A stretch of 63,918 nucleotides of DNA, counting the filler, from Octopus bimaculoides (lineage: Eukaryota), in NCBI RefSeq assembly GCF_001194135.2. It is 7 parts of 6 records of this genome, joined end to end, with 100 filler letters (N's around TTAATTAATTAA, not from the genome) between each part and the next. Parts side by side here need not be neighbours in the genome. Positions count along the whole stretch, not along the records: positions 60,175 to 63,918 come from NC_068983.1; 6 more parts are not named here. The stretch is one strand, 5' to 3'. Position numbers and translations under genes: made by a program. Below the pieces are notes generated by a model. It searched no databases, was not told the origin of the DNA, and was given only the letters and a program-made list of their open reading frames with translations. The number at the start of each line of letters is the position of its first letter. Positions within the stretch are counted from its first letter, which is position 1. Shown one piece after another: positions 63,894-63,918 of this stretch.

Positions 63894-63918
63894 ATATATT
63901 GATGCATATATATATATA

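Overview
AT-rich, gap-ridden animal genomic DNA packed with di-, tri- and tetranucleotide microsatellites. The repeat content and style suggest a cephalopod (Octopus-like) draft scaffold; this is inference, not a database result. Host coding content is small: one intact intronless class A GPCR resembling FFAR4/GPR120 (7549-8688, +) and one isolated, correctly spliced exon resembling USP19 (44922-45055, +). The rest is mobile DNA: tRNA-headed SINEs, Tc1/mariner-type and palindromic MITEs, a full-length but disabled RTE LINE with a 13-bp target-site duplication, remnants of RTE, restriction-like-endonuclease (REL) and Tx1/L1-type LINEs, and two Penelope-like GIY-YIG remnants. The most interesting layer is self-cleaving RNA. 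I can hand-fold an HDV-like ribozyme at the 5' junction of the RTE, and about seven type-I hammerhead motifs, most with the palindromic stem III typical of Penelope-like elements. These include a pair in inverted pseudo-LTRs and one that may be the tail of a tRNA-headed SINE. All folds and alignments are by eye and repeat boundaries are approximate. No CRISPR array, rRNA or true tRNA gene is supported.
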